This document shows positions 1-10,576 of a stretch of 64,000 bases of DNA, piece after piece (position 1 is the first letter of the stretch; each line of letters opens with the position of its first letter). The DNA is from Octopus sinensis. Lineage: Eukaryota. Made by a program: the position numbers and the translations under genes. The stretch spans positions 24,709-88,708 of the forward strand of contig NW_021833038.1 of the NCBI RefSeq assembly GCF_006345805.1, read 5' to 3'. The notes under the pieces were generated by a model. It was not told where the DNA came from and did no database searches. It saw nothing but the letters and a program-made list of their open reading frames with translations.

Positions 1-391
1 AAGAATTTCTGCTCTCCCCTTTCCACCAGCGTGGGTTAAAATCAGCAACACTATGTTTTTTTCGGTAAAAAAATCCGAGACATTAAGTAGAGAGAGATGA
101 ATTATAATTTCAACAATTGAGGGTAAAATTAATTAATTAATTAATCAATTTCACCAAGTATTCAGTATGCAAAGGGACCATTTAAGGCGAATTCAATTAT
201 TACATTATATAAAAGGGCTTAGTAAAATAAATTACTTTGCCGCATACTGAACTCGTTAGAATAGCAGCTAAAAAAACTTTTTATAAAACTATTTCTAACA
301 CTTAAAGAAAACCTCTCTCATATAGTGTTTGCTCAATTCAACTCAAGGAAGTATGGGGGTAGAGACATTAAAAAATCAAATGCAAAGTTTT

Positions 392-443
392 TGAGTACGT
401 ACGTTTCAGATTAGTCAAAATCGACCCTTCTCTCATCAGCTCA
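392..443 (-). ncRNA. type I hammerhead ribozyme motif (minimal palindromic stem III)
   Basis: Minus strand: TGAG-CTGATGA-GAGAAGGGTCGATTTTGACTAATCT-GAA-AC GTAC GT-A-CTCA. Stem I is TGAG/CTCA and the cleavage triplet is GUA. Confidence 0.75.
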
Positions 444-1241
444 GAATGCCCTTGTTTGAATCGAAAACACTGAAAATGGGGAGCCATACCCTTTCGGTTG
501 TTATCGCTTCTGAAGATCTGTTCCAAACTACAGTGCCAACAAACTCAAATATGCAAGCGAAGAATTTCTCTCTCCCCTTTCCACAGCGTGGTTAAAAATA
601 GGTCAAACACTATGTTTTTTCGTAAAATCCGAGACATTAAGTAGAGAGAGATGAATTATAATTCAACAATTGAGGGTAAAATTAATTAATTAATTAATCA
701 ATTTCACCAAGTATTCAGTATGCAAAGGGACCATTTAAGGCGAATTCAAATTATTACATTATATAAAAGGGCTTAGTAAAATAAATTACTTTGCCGCATA
801 CTGAACTCGTTAGAAATAGCAGCTAAAAAAACTTTTTATAAAACTTTTTCTAACACTATTTCTAACACTATTTCTAACGAGTTCAGTATGCGGCAAAGTA
901 ATTTATTTTACTAAGCCCTTTTATATAATGTAATAATTTGAATTCGCCTTAAATGGTCCTTTGCATACTGAATACTTGGTGAAATTGATTAATTAATTAA
1001 TTAATTTTACCCTCAATTGTTGAAATTATAATTCATCTCTCTCTACTTAATGTCTCGGATACCGAAAAAAACATAGGTTTGCTGATTTTAACCCACGCTG
1101 GTGGAAAGGGGAGAGCAAAATTCTTCGCTTGCATATTTGAGTTTGTTGGCACTGTTAGTTGGAACAGATCTTCAGAAGCGATAACAAGCCGAAGGGTTAT
1201 GCTCCCATTTTCAGTGTTTTCAGATTCAAACAAGGGCATTC

Positions 1242-1294
1242 TGAGCTGATGAGAGAAGGGTCGATTTTGACTAATCTTGAAACGTACGTACTCA
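1242..1294 (+). ncRNA. type I hammerhead ribozyme motif (copy in the inverted unit)
   Basis: TGAG CTGATGA GAGA-AGG-GTC-GATTTT-GAC-TAA-TCTT GAA AC-GTAC-GT A CTCA. All core nucleotides are present, with stems I, II and III. Confidence 0.8.
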
Positions 1295-1573
1295 AATAAC
1301 CTTTGCATTTGATTTTTTAATGTTCTACCCCCATACTTCCTTGAGTTGAATTGAGCAAACACTATATGAGAGAGTTTTCTTTAAGTGTTAGAAATAGTTT
1401 TATAAAAAGTTTTTTTAGCTGCTATTTCTAACGAGTTCAGTATGCGGCAAAGTAATTTATTTTACTAAGCCCTTTTATATAATGTAATAATTTGAATTCG
1501 CCTTAAATGGTCCCTTTGCATACTGAATACTTGGTGAAATTGATTAATTAATTAATTAATTTTACCCTCAATT

Positions 1574-1585
<12 letters not shown>

Positions 1586-1660
<75 letters not shown>

Positions 1661-1735
1661 GTATACATACATACATACATACATACATACATACATACAT
1701 ACATACATACATACATACATACATACATACATAGA
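1586..1735. repeat. (AT)n followed by (TACA)n microsatellite
   Basis: Direct read. Confidence 0.97.
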
Positions 1736-3049
1736 CATAAGAGGTACAAAGTTCAAAGAAAAGTATATAAATGACGAGAAAAATATTTAATAAAACAATA
1801 AAACTGGTGAGAAATCAATGTCGGAAGAAAGACAGAGTCACAAAATGTCAATTAAAAATTTGAGAAACTGTTGTAATATTACGAACACATATTTAAAAGA
1901 AAGTACATTACAATGATGAAAAGGGTCTAGAAGTGCGGCGGCAAATGTCGAAGATGAAAAGGCAGTGAAGTCATATCGACAGGAGTCGAAAGAAAGAGAG
2001 AAATAAAGGAGTGGAGAGATACAGAGAAGAGTCTAAAAATTCCAGAGATAAATTCAGAGGTGGAGAAAGAAGTAAAGTGGAGACTGCAGTAATCCTTTCA
2101 GCATCTGCCAAGGAATTCGTCAAGAAACAAACAAAAGGCTTCCCGGCGTCGTCATTCTCTTCTTAAAAACTGAGGTACATTCTACCGGTTTGCTATGAAT
2201 TCTCTAGAAATTTCATCACCATAATTACATTGCCTTTTTAATTAATTACATCTTCGGCCAATGCAACGCTAGTAAATTTATTTTCGTGCTATATACATCA
2301 ACAACAAATTCCTCGTAATGCCAAATACATCGTCTCAGTGAATCCATCAATATTTTTTTAACTACCGAGTAAGTACATCGCTAAATAATATTTTAAGTGT
2401 GCATTTATTCCAAGTTGAAATACACCTCGTTTTATTTAACTACGAAAACGAAGAAATTCCAATACAAACAATTCCTGCATTTTGGAAACTGTTTTCTGAA
2501 ATTTCGAATAAATAAAAACGCTGGCGAAATGCAGAAAGAACACAATAAAATATGGCAAGTAGAGAAATTCCACATCCCATAAAGAAATATTTAGACAGTG
2601 CAAGGAGAATTATATATATCATCCTCAATGAATATAAAAATCACAAAATAATGGATTATATAAGAGCCGCTTCACATAATTTGTCATTTTAAGATGGGTT
2701 TTTTTTTCTTCCATTTGTAAACCTTTTTTGTGATTCCATACTTAAAAATTCTTATTTTTCTTATTTTTCAATATAAATTATTGTGTAAATTTGATATTGA
2801 CTTAAAAAAAATTTTTTTTTTTTGGAGCCTTTGAAATGCGTTAATAAAATGTGACGAATTTGTTTTTCGAATAAAACCTTTTAAGAACGTTTAGCGATGT
2901 ATATACTCTGCTGATAAAATGTATGCTGAAGGATTTTATCTGATTCTCTGGTTATTATTTGTTGTCTGAGAGACATCCTCTTCAGAATTTCTCACTTCTA
3001 ACAGATATTTTCCATAAAGTCTACTGTTTCCTCAATTTTATTTTCTGCC

Positions 3050-3089
3050 TGCGTATTATTATTATCATCATCATCATCATCATTATTAT

Positions 3090-3151
<62 letters not shown>

Positions 3152-3165
3152 TTATTATAATTATT
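3050..3165. repeat. compound (ATT)/(ATC)/(ACT)n microsatellite
   Basis: Direct read. Confidence 0.95.
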
Positions 3166-3249
3166 ATAGGCTTGTAACCAGCAGTTTCTCAACTCCAGTT
3201 ATGCGATGAAGATAATATACTGATAAGATAGTTTGCAGTATACATATAT

Positions 3250-3422
3250 ATACACGACAGGCTTCTTTCAGTTTCCGTTTACCAAATCCACTCACAAGGC
3301 TTTGGTCGGCTCAAGGCTATAGTAAAAGACACTTGTCCAAGGTGCCATGCAATGGGACTGAACCCCACGGAACCATGTAGTGCTAAGCAAGCTTACTTAT
3401 CACACAAACCACTCCTGCGCCT
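3250..3422 (-). mobile_element. tRNA-derived SINE, 5' part (family A; octopus OR/OK-like, CORE-like middle)
   Basis: Reverse complement of GGCGCAGGAGTGG..TGTGGTAAG...GGTTCAGTCCCA..GGCACCTTGGGCAAGTGTCTT, the same head as the full copy at 9752. Confidence 0.85.
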
Positions 3423-3424
3423 AC

Positions 3425-3526
<102 letters not shown>

Positions 3527-3639
3527 ATATACATATAAAGCTGAAGTTGTCTGTGTGTTGTGCAGGGTTGGTAGCCTTCAACTAACACTATCTCCTCCGG
3601 GACCCTGGGGCGCAAGTTGACCAAAATTGAAGAAGGCTT

Positions 3640-3911
3640 TCTCTTCATTCCGTAAAAGAAAAAATTCAAATCGGACCATGTTAAGACCAAAAATTATTTA
3701 CATCAAAAAGGTGCTTATTTTTCTATGAAAATCACTATTTTTTACGATTTTTTTACTGCTGTGTCGCCATTTTTCGGTGTATTTCAACCAGAAAAATGTT
3801 CACTTAAAGAGAATAACAAGCTGCATAATGCAAAATTTTACTTTCCAAAAATTCCAATTCTAAAGGATCAAAAAGAAAACAAACCCGAGCAACGCCGGGT
3901 TATACTGCTAG

Positions 3912-3912
<1 letters not shown>
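3640..3912 (+). mobile_element. Helitron-type non-autonomous element, 3' end
   Basis: Sub-terminal GC hairpin CCCGAGCAACGCCGGG (3884-3899) followed by CTAG|T (3908-3912), the canonical Helitron 3' terminus. The 5' limit is uncertain. Confidence 0.6.
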
Positions 3913-3945
<33 letters not shown>

Positions 3946-4051
3946 ACCGTATACTCTGTGTGTGCGTGTGTGTGCTTGCGCGCGCGCGTGTGTGTATGCG
4001 TTTGTGTTATGATATGCTATATGATCTAAGTAGAAACAAAATGATTGTTGG

Positions 4052-4174
4052 TGCTTTGGTTGGCCCGAGGCTATAGTAGAAGACACTTACCCAAGGTGCC
4101 ACGCAGTGGGACTGAATCCAGAACCATGTGGTTGGTAAGCAAGCTACTTACCACCCGGCCACTCCTGCGACTAT
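4052..4174 (-). mobile_element. SINE family A, 5' part
   Basis: Homologous to the head at 9752-9870. Confidence 0.85.
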
Positions 4175-4364
4175 TATATAAGATCCAGGGATCGAGGTGT
4201 AGGAAGCAAGTTAGCTTCAAGCAATCCGTAGTAAATAGAAAAAAGGACTTTCAAGGACACTAGTAGTTTATTGAGACAGAAGGTTGTGGATTTTTTTGAT
4301 ATCGCAAAAAGTTCTTTTTATATTTCATGGTAGGCGACCAGGGTTGCCGGATGTGCGGATAAGA

Positions 4365-4697
4365 ATACAAGAGTTAAGGAATGGAGAGGATAAGATCCGG
4401 TTTACATATGTTCCACGGCGAGCGGAACCTCGGAAGTGGTAAATATCCGAGCGAGGTGTATACTGCAGGTTACTTTTCAGACTACATTGTCGCGAAGGAG
4501 GTACTTGTTAATACGTGGAAGATACAATCTTTACCTCTTTGCGACAATGTAAACTTTCATTTAACCAAGATATCCTTGGCCTAAAGAGTGGCCTGCGGTA
4601 TACACCTCGCTTGGATATTTATTCTTCAGAGGTTCCACTCGCTATGTACCATATGTATACCGATTCTTATCTCTACTCCATTCCTTAACTCTCGTAT
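4365..4697. repeat. long imperfect inverted repeat (rod-like fold-back, 333 bp)
   Basis: GAGTTAAGGAATGGAG (4371) pairs with CTCCATTCCTTAACTC (4676-4691). Pairing continues through GGAACCTC, GCGAGGTGTATAC and CATTGTCGC to a central loop near 4505-4530. Confidence 0.9.
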
Positions 4698-4796
4698 AAA
4701 TATATCGAAGAATGTAAAGAGAGAAAATAGAGAGCTTCTAACAATGCGGAAACTATAATAAAACCTTTATAATAGAACCGTTATAATAGAACCGTA

Positions 4797-5086
4797 TGAA
4801 TGTATGTATGTGTGTATGTGTATGTATGTTATGTATGTATGTATGTATGTGTGCGTGTGTGCGTGTATGTATGTATGTATGTATGTATGTATGTATGTAT
4901 GTATGTATGTATGTATGTGTGCGTGTGTGCGTGTATGTATGTATGTATGTATGTGTGTGTGTGTATGTATGTATGTATGTATGTGTGTGTGTATGTATGT
5001 GTATGTATGTATGCATGTATGTATGTATGTATGTATGTGTGTGTGTATGTATGTGTATGTATGTATGCATGTATGTATTTATGTAC

Positions 5087-5118
<32 letters not shown>

Positions 5119-5137
5119 ATGTATGTATGTATGTATG

Positions 5138-5169
<32 letters not shown>

Positions 5170-5175
5170 TGTATG
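4797..5175. repeat. (TATG)n/(TG)n compound microsatellite with internal block duplications
   Basis: Direct read. Confidence 0.95.
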
Positions 5176-5861
5176 GCAAAATGGCCCACACATTTTCAAA
5201 GTCTGACATCGGAAAACAGGTGTAAATACCAAGTTGTAACACCGTTCCTTTTGCTCCCAAACAACCTCACTCAAAGCCAACCTTTGACCTTGGTGTTCAC
5301 CTATAAACTATTAATATTTCTCCCAATAGTTCTCTATTTACCATTTGCCGATATACATCATCACTATTTTCATACTTCCTGTCACTTTCAATATCTTCCG
5401 GTTTTACATCTTCGACGAAATTTTTTTGAAAAAATATTTTCTTTTGTATTTTGTTATCAATTTTTTTCTTCCGTTTGCTTTTGTGTGTGTGTGTGTGTGT
5501 GTGTGTTCTTTTTGCTTTGCTTTTTTTTTTTCGGGTAGATATTTCCAGGGTTGAACACGGGGTGACATGAGGTATTTAATATCAACTCTCAACACCCTTA
5601 TAGACTTAACTTTCACACGTAAATTTATTTATTTCTTGTTCTGTTTTTGTTGTTCTGTTTTCACACGAGTTCTTTTCTCCTCTTTCATCATCTTTTACAC
5701 AATTTTGCTGACGTAATTCACACTTTCCTTTCTTGATAGAATTAATTGCACCTCTCAGACGTTCTGTTTACCTTTTGATGACATGAAATATCTTACAAAG
5801 AATAACGTGTCTACCATCTTCGGTGTAACAACTTCTAATTTGAAATTCGATTTCACAATGC

Positions 5862-6035
5862 TAGCAGCAGGAGTAGCTGTGTAGTAAGAAGTTTGCTTCG
5901 CAACCACATGGTTCCAGGTTCAGTCCCACTGCGTGGCACCTTGGGCAAGTGTTTACTACTATAAGCCTCAGATCTACCAAAGCCATGTGAGTAGATTTGG
6001 TAGGCGGAAACTGGAAGAAGCCCGTCATATATATG
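5862..6035 (+). mobile_element. SINE family A, 5' part
   Basis: GCAGGAGTAGCTGTGTAGTAAG...GGTTCAGTCCCACTGCGTGGCACCTTGGGCAAGTG. Confidence 0.85.
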
Positions 6036-6059
6036 ATACACACACACACACACATATAT

Positions 6060-6305
6060 ATCCTTTTCTACTTTAGGCACAAGGCCGAAATTTTGGGGGA
6101 AGGGACCAGTCGATTAGATCGACCCTAGTACACAACTGGTATTCAATTTCTCGACCCTGAAAGGATGAAATACACAGTTGAGTGAACTGGAGCAACGTGA
6201 AATAAAGTGTCTTGCTCAAGAACACAACACGCAGCCCGGTCCGAGAACTCAAGCCACAAGATCGTAAGCTCGACGCTCTAACTACTGAGCCATGTGCCTT
6301 CACCA
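6060..6305 (-). mobile_element. SINE pieces: a tRNA head with a V/CORE-like middle (6175-6305) joined to the 3' half of a family B SINE (6060-6175)
   Basis: Minus strand GGTGAAGGCACATGGCTCAGTAGTTAGAGCG...GTGTTCTTGAGCAAGACAC, then TTTCATCCTTTCAGGGTCGAG...GTACCAGT...GGGTCGATCTAATCGAC. Confidence 0.7.
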
Positions 6306-6529
6306 TACATACATACATACATACATACATACATACATACACACACACACATATACATACATACATACATACATACATGCATGCATGCATGCATACATGC
6401 ATACATACATACATACATACATACATACATACATACATACATACATACATACATACATACATACATACATGCATGCATGCATAACTACCAACGGTTTGAA
6501 AATTTAAGGACTTCATAATGTACAATGTG

Positions 6530-6675
6530 GTTCAGCAAAATAAATCGATAAAATAAGTCCAAGGCTTAAAGACTAGACACAAGTGCTGGGGTCGACTCCC
6601 TCGGCTAAAACCCATGAAGGCAGTGCCCCAGCTTGGTCGCATGTTAACGACTGGAACAAGTAAGACATAAGCAAC
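6530..6675 (+). mobile_element. SINE family A, 3' part
   Basis: Degenerate GGCAGTGCCCCAGC.TGG.CGCA...GACTGGAACAAGTAAG tail. Confidence 0.7.
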
Positions 6676-6978
6676 AAAGATACTCTCTACGCCGCCTTTT
6701 TTAGTCTTTGATCGAAATTCCGAACTTCCAAATCCGACAGAACTTAATCTAGAAGAGATTGTCTCCCCCTATAAACAGTGGCCACCAGGGACACACCACG
6801 TGTATGTATGTGTGTGTGTCTGTCTGTCTGTCTGTCTGTCTGTGTGTTTTGCTAAATAAACACGCGCACTATTTTTTGCGCCCACCACCACCAAAAAATG
6901 ACCATCCCGAAATATAACGATATCTGTTTCAACACAGGAATCTTGGAAAACAAATACGCACGAGTGAGCACACACACA

Positions 6979-7043
<65 letters not shown>

Positions 7044-7644
7044 GACACACACACACACACACACACATCCCTATTTTTATCTTACGGCCTTGGCATTTTC
7101 TCGTGAAAGGTCTAAAATTTCCTACGGTTAGTTTATTTTTTTATCAACGATTCTTCTGTTTTTACCATTTCGTCCTGACGTAAATAATATTCTCTCTCTT
7201 CAGAATCGTTCAAACACTTCCAGCTCGGCTTCTGCCAGCGCTTTTGACACTTCCTTAACTATGTTGTTAACACGTCTCTATAAAACATGTCCCGCATAGT
7301 TTTCTTCGACTCGTGTCATCTCACAAACGTGATGTTTGACTGTTAATCGTTCTACACGAGGAACTCATCATGTTTTAACGACATTTCTTTCCCACAAGGG
7401 AGACACATTTTTAAGAATACAATTTATTCCACTGAAAATGGCTTCTAATCATTTTATTAAATAAGGAATTCGAAAAACAAAAGCTGTGAAACATGATAAC
7501 CAGGAGTGGCTTGAAGTGTTTTACTACTTTGAAGTTACATTTCACAGTTACATTTCATGGTCACTTTCTATCGTTAAATTTCACGATTACATTTCACGGT
7601 TTTGTTTCATAACAATTTCTCACCATTACATTTCACATTTACTT

Positions 7645-7707
7645 TCCGTTTGTCTGTCCTTGTTTGCCCCCTCTGTGTTTAGCCCCCTGTGGGCAATAAA
7701 GAAATAA

Positions 7708-7708
<1 letters not shown>
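7645..7708 (+). mobile_element. 5'-truncated SINE (family B) with Tx1-like 3' tail
   Basis: TTTGTCTGTCCTTGTTTGCCCCCTCTGTGTTTAGCCCCCTGTGGGCAATAAAGAAATA, nearly identical to the 3' end of the SINE at 38978-39210. Confidence 0.8.
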
Positions 7709-7764
<56 letters not shown>

Positions 7765-8217
7765 GAGTGAGAGAGCAGTGCATGCCATCAAAGTGACACT
7801 GGGGTAAAATATACGAAGCCCAGTATACCCATCATGACTACCCGTCTGATAAGGGTACACGAGGCACATGCATCACAACCATATGTGCGCGACATGGTGA
7901 TCTCATATCAAGATAAACAGCGCATGACCTTGCAGGTGGGGCCCAGTTAGAATTTTCTTCAGGTCGAGTAGCCCATCCTGCTCAAAAGGTCCCTGAATAA
8001 GGATTGTTTAAGGATGTTGAACGAACCATCCATGTTTCCAAAGGTGAATTATCGAAACCCCAAAGAATCCCTCTCAACACATAGCTATGATGTTCCCCCA
8101 CTACTTCTGCTCGTGATCAGAGATGCACATATCGTCAGCCACTAAGGGACATGCTCAACTGGTTCAGGTCAAACAACTGACAAGCAAATCTGTGGTATTG
8201 AGCAGAATATTTTCTGT
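7765..8217 (-). mobile_element. ~550-bp non-coding retroposon with (AAT)n tail (family C), 5'-truncated copy
   Basis: Reverse complement of 40930-41386. The (ATT)n at 7709-7764 is its tail. Confidence 0.85.
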
Positions 8218-8235
8218 AGTATCATTGTTATTATT

Positions 8236-8601
8236 ATTAGCTCCGCCTTAGCGAAGGCGGAAGTATTACTTTCAGTTGTGTTGCTTGTTTGTTTGTCCGT
8301 GGACAAGATATCTCAAGATCGACTGGATGGATTCGAATGAAACTTTCGGGGATGTTCGTACCTCGTTACAGGCACGAACTGATTAGATTTTGGGATCGAT
8401 TTGGTACCGGACAGGGATTCTGGATTATTTTTCCTGTTTATTTTTACTTATTTTTTGAGAGCGGTCGTTTTTAGTATTCTCATTTATGAGGGCATTCGAG
8501 TTTATTTCAGATATTCTCATTTCAAAATCGTCTCCGGCTAATCATTGAGAGGACGTTGGTGTTGCCTTGGCGGAGGTTTGCGCTCTCTGAATGCTCTTGT
8601 T
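8236..8601 (+). mobile_element. Helentron-associated non-autonomous element (HINE / DINE-1-like)
   Basis: 5' CTCCGCCTTAGCGAAGGCGG hairpin, then a (GTTT)n core, sub-terminal inverted GGCGGAGG, and a 3' stem-loop GCGCTCTCTGAATGC. Both flanks are T-rich. Confidence 0.7.
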
Positions 8602-8879
8602 ATTATTATTGTTATTATCAACAGATGTTATATTCACACACCTTCTGTAATGTGAACAAGTGAGTTGTTTAATTTGTTCAATGAGCTTCCGGCGAAACAC
8701 CTGACACTTTGTTGCCATCTATTTAGCACCTGACTGTTGTTACACACTTCTTCAAACACTAAATCAACTTACATCTACCCACTCAAGGAGCCTGTACTCG
8801 GTCGCATGATTTGTTAGAAATAGCAGCCAAATCTACCTAAAATCACACTTTTTTTATCTTCGAAAATAACTTTTTACAT

Positions 8880-8950
8880 CAGGCATGGTCAACGTTTTTC
8901 AACAAGCGGGCCGCAAGTAACTTGGCTCATCAGTAGGCGGGCCGCACTTC
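8880..8950 (+). mobile_element. hAT-type MITE end fragment
   Basis: CAGGCATGGTCAAC-type terminus followed by two GCGGGCCGCA sub-terminal motifs. No partner end found. Confidence 0.4.
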
Positions 8951-9227
8951 TAAAAGCATTCAAAGTAAGTTTTTTCCGTTATGCCATTCAGAAAGTCCAG
9001 CAAACTGATTTAGATTAATGCGCAATTCTATTCTCAGTACATCGGAACAAGACGGGATGGACACGGAAGGAATACCTTTGATCATAGATCTGACCAATCG
9101 AAATCAACCTGGGGACTAAGCAACAACAACATCTCTACTTGATTCGGTAGAAACAATAGTCAAATCTCCCTCTCAGCCCAAACTACAGTCTTAAGATAGA
9201 AACAATTATGAAGTTCCTGATATTCTT

Positions 9228-9610
9228 TTATTCTTTTACTTGTTCCAATCATTAGATTACGGCCATGCTGGAGCGCCGCCTTACCCCAGTATTTATATTT
9301 AAGTCTGGTACTTCTCCTATCGGTCTCTTTTGCCGAACCGCTGAGTTACAAGGGTGTAAATGCACCAACATCTGTTGTCAAGTGGTGGTGGTGGCGGAGA
9401 CAAACACAGAAACAAATACACGTACACACATATATACATAATATATCACAGGTTTCTTTCAGTTTCCATCTACCAAATTCACTCACAAGACTTTGTTCGA
9501 CCCGAGGCTATAGTAGAAGACACTTGCTCAAGGTGCCACGCAGTGGGACTGAACCCGGAACCATGTGACTGGGAAGCAAACTTCTTACCACACAACCACG
9601 CCTGTGCCTA
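9228..9610 (-). mobile_element. SINE family A, near full length
   Basis: Head at 9520-9610, middle, and tail GGCGGCGCTCCAGCATGGCCG...GAACAAGTAAAAGA. Confidence 0.9.
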
Positions 9611-9751
9611 TATCGAACGGTCATGGATGGAACGTCTTTCATTACAGATCCATTTTACCAGAAATGGCATGGGGCTAAAGTCAGCAACAGCTACTAACTA
9701 CTAAATGGCGTATTTCGCATGTTTTAAATAGATATATACATATAGAAGTTA

Positions 9752-10146
9752 TAGGCGCAGGAGTGGCTGTGTGGTAAGTAGCTTGTTTAGCAACCACATG
9801 GTTCCGGGTTCAGTTCCACTGCGTGGCACCTTGGGCAAGTGTCTTCTACTATAGCCTCGGGCCGACCAATGTCTTGTGAATGGATTTGGTAGACGGAAAC
9901 TGAAAGAAGCGCGTCGTATATATGTAAATATATATATTATATGCGTGTGTGTGTTTGTGTGTCTGTGTTTGACAACCGATGCTGGTGTGTTTATGTCCCC
10001 GTTACTTAGCGGTTCGGCAAAAGCGACCGATAGAATAAGTACTGGGCTTACAAAAGATTAAGTCCCGGAGTCGAGTTGCTCGATTAAAGGCGGTGCTCCA
10101 GCATGGCCGCAGTCAAATGACTGAAACAAGTAAAAGAGTAAAAGAG
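9752..10146 (+). mobile_element. SINE family A, full length
   Basis: A/B-box-like head (TGGCTGTGTGG; GGTTCAGTTCC), CORE-like GGCACCTTGGGCAAGTGTCTT, internal (AT)/(GT)n, tail GGCGGTGCTCCAGCATGGCCGCAGTCAAATGACTGAAACAAG(TAAAAGAG)2. Confidence 0.92.
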
Positions 10147-10363
10147 TATATGCGTGTGCGTATGTGTATGTGTATATATTGGTGTGTATAGCTATGTGGG
10201 GGGGCACAGTAATTATGTCTTCGAATTACTTTACACCTTTCATGCTGTCGTAGTTCACACACCTCCACCATTCCCTTTTCCTCACCTCCTCCTCCTCCTT
10301 CTCCTCTTCCTCCGTCCTCTCCCCTGCCCACCCTCACCCGAATATTTGGACTGTCCGGTTGTC

Positions 10364-10576
10364 TAACACCTCGTTTCAGAAATTTCTACCTGACGTGCTT
10401 GATGTACTTCACACCTTCGTCCCAGGAAGATTCACACCTTTTTGCGACCTTCTTTCACGCCGGTCACGTGACGTAGTTCACACCTCCTGCTGATGTAGTT
10501 CACACCTCCAAGCAATTTATTTCCAACACCTCCTGCCGACGTAATTCACACCTTTTCGCTGATCTGTTTCACACTT
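10364..10576 (+). promoter_or_regulatory. candidate enhancer: cluster of T-box-like half sites (TCACACCT), several coupled to a TGAYGTA bZIP-like site
   Basis: Perfect TCACACCT at 10409, 10432, 10478, 10500 and 10546. Variants TAACACCT 10364, TCACGCCG 10455, CAACACCT 10524 and TCACACTT 10569, all on the same strand. Confidence 0.45.

Larger units (their letters stand above)
1..1586. repeat. ~555-560 bp tandem repeat carrying a type I hammerhead ribozyme (retrozyme / PLE pLTR-like); about 1.5 forward units then about 1.3 inverted units
   Basis: AAGAATTTCT...recurs at 1 and 560. From ~868 the reverse complement is read, and CTATTTCTAACGAG recurs at 868 and 1422 (period 554). Copies differ mostly by 1-bp indels. 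Confidence 0.9.

Noticed and set aside
505-565. Second hammerhead in the tandem unit (CTGAAGA at ~510 inside a TCGCTT/AAGCGA stem)
   Set aside because: There is no GAAA after the putative stem II, so the core is incomplete.
4339-4348. CAGGGTTGCC as a transposon TIR for the adjacent hairpin
   Set aside because: No matching GGCAACCCTG partner found downstream.
10364-10576. CRISPR-like repeat-spacer appearance of the 17-bp motif array
   Set aside because: The repeat is too short and degenerate and the spacers are irregular (4-30 bp). It is better read as binding-site-like motifs.
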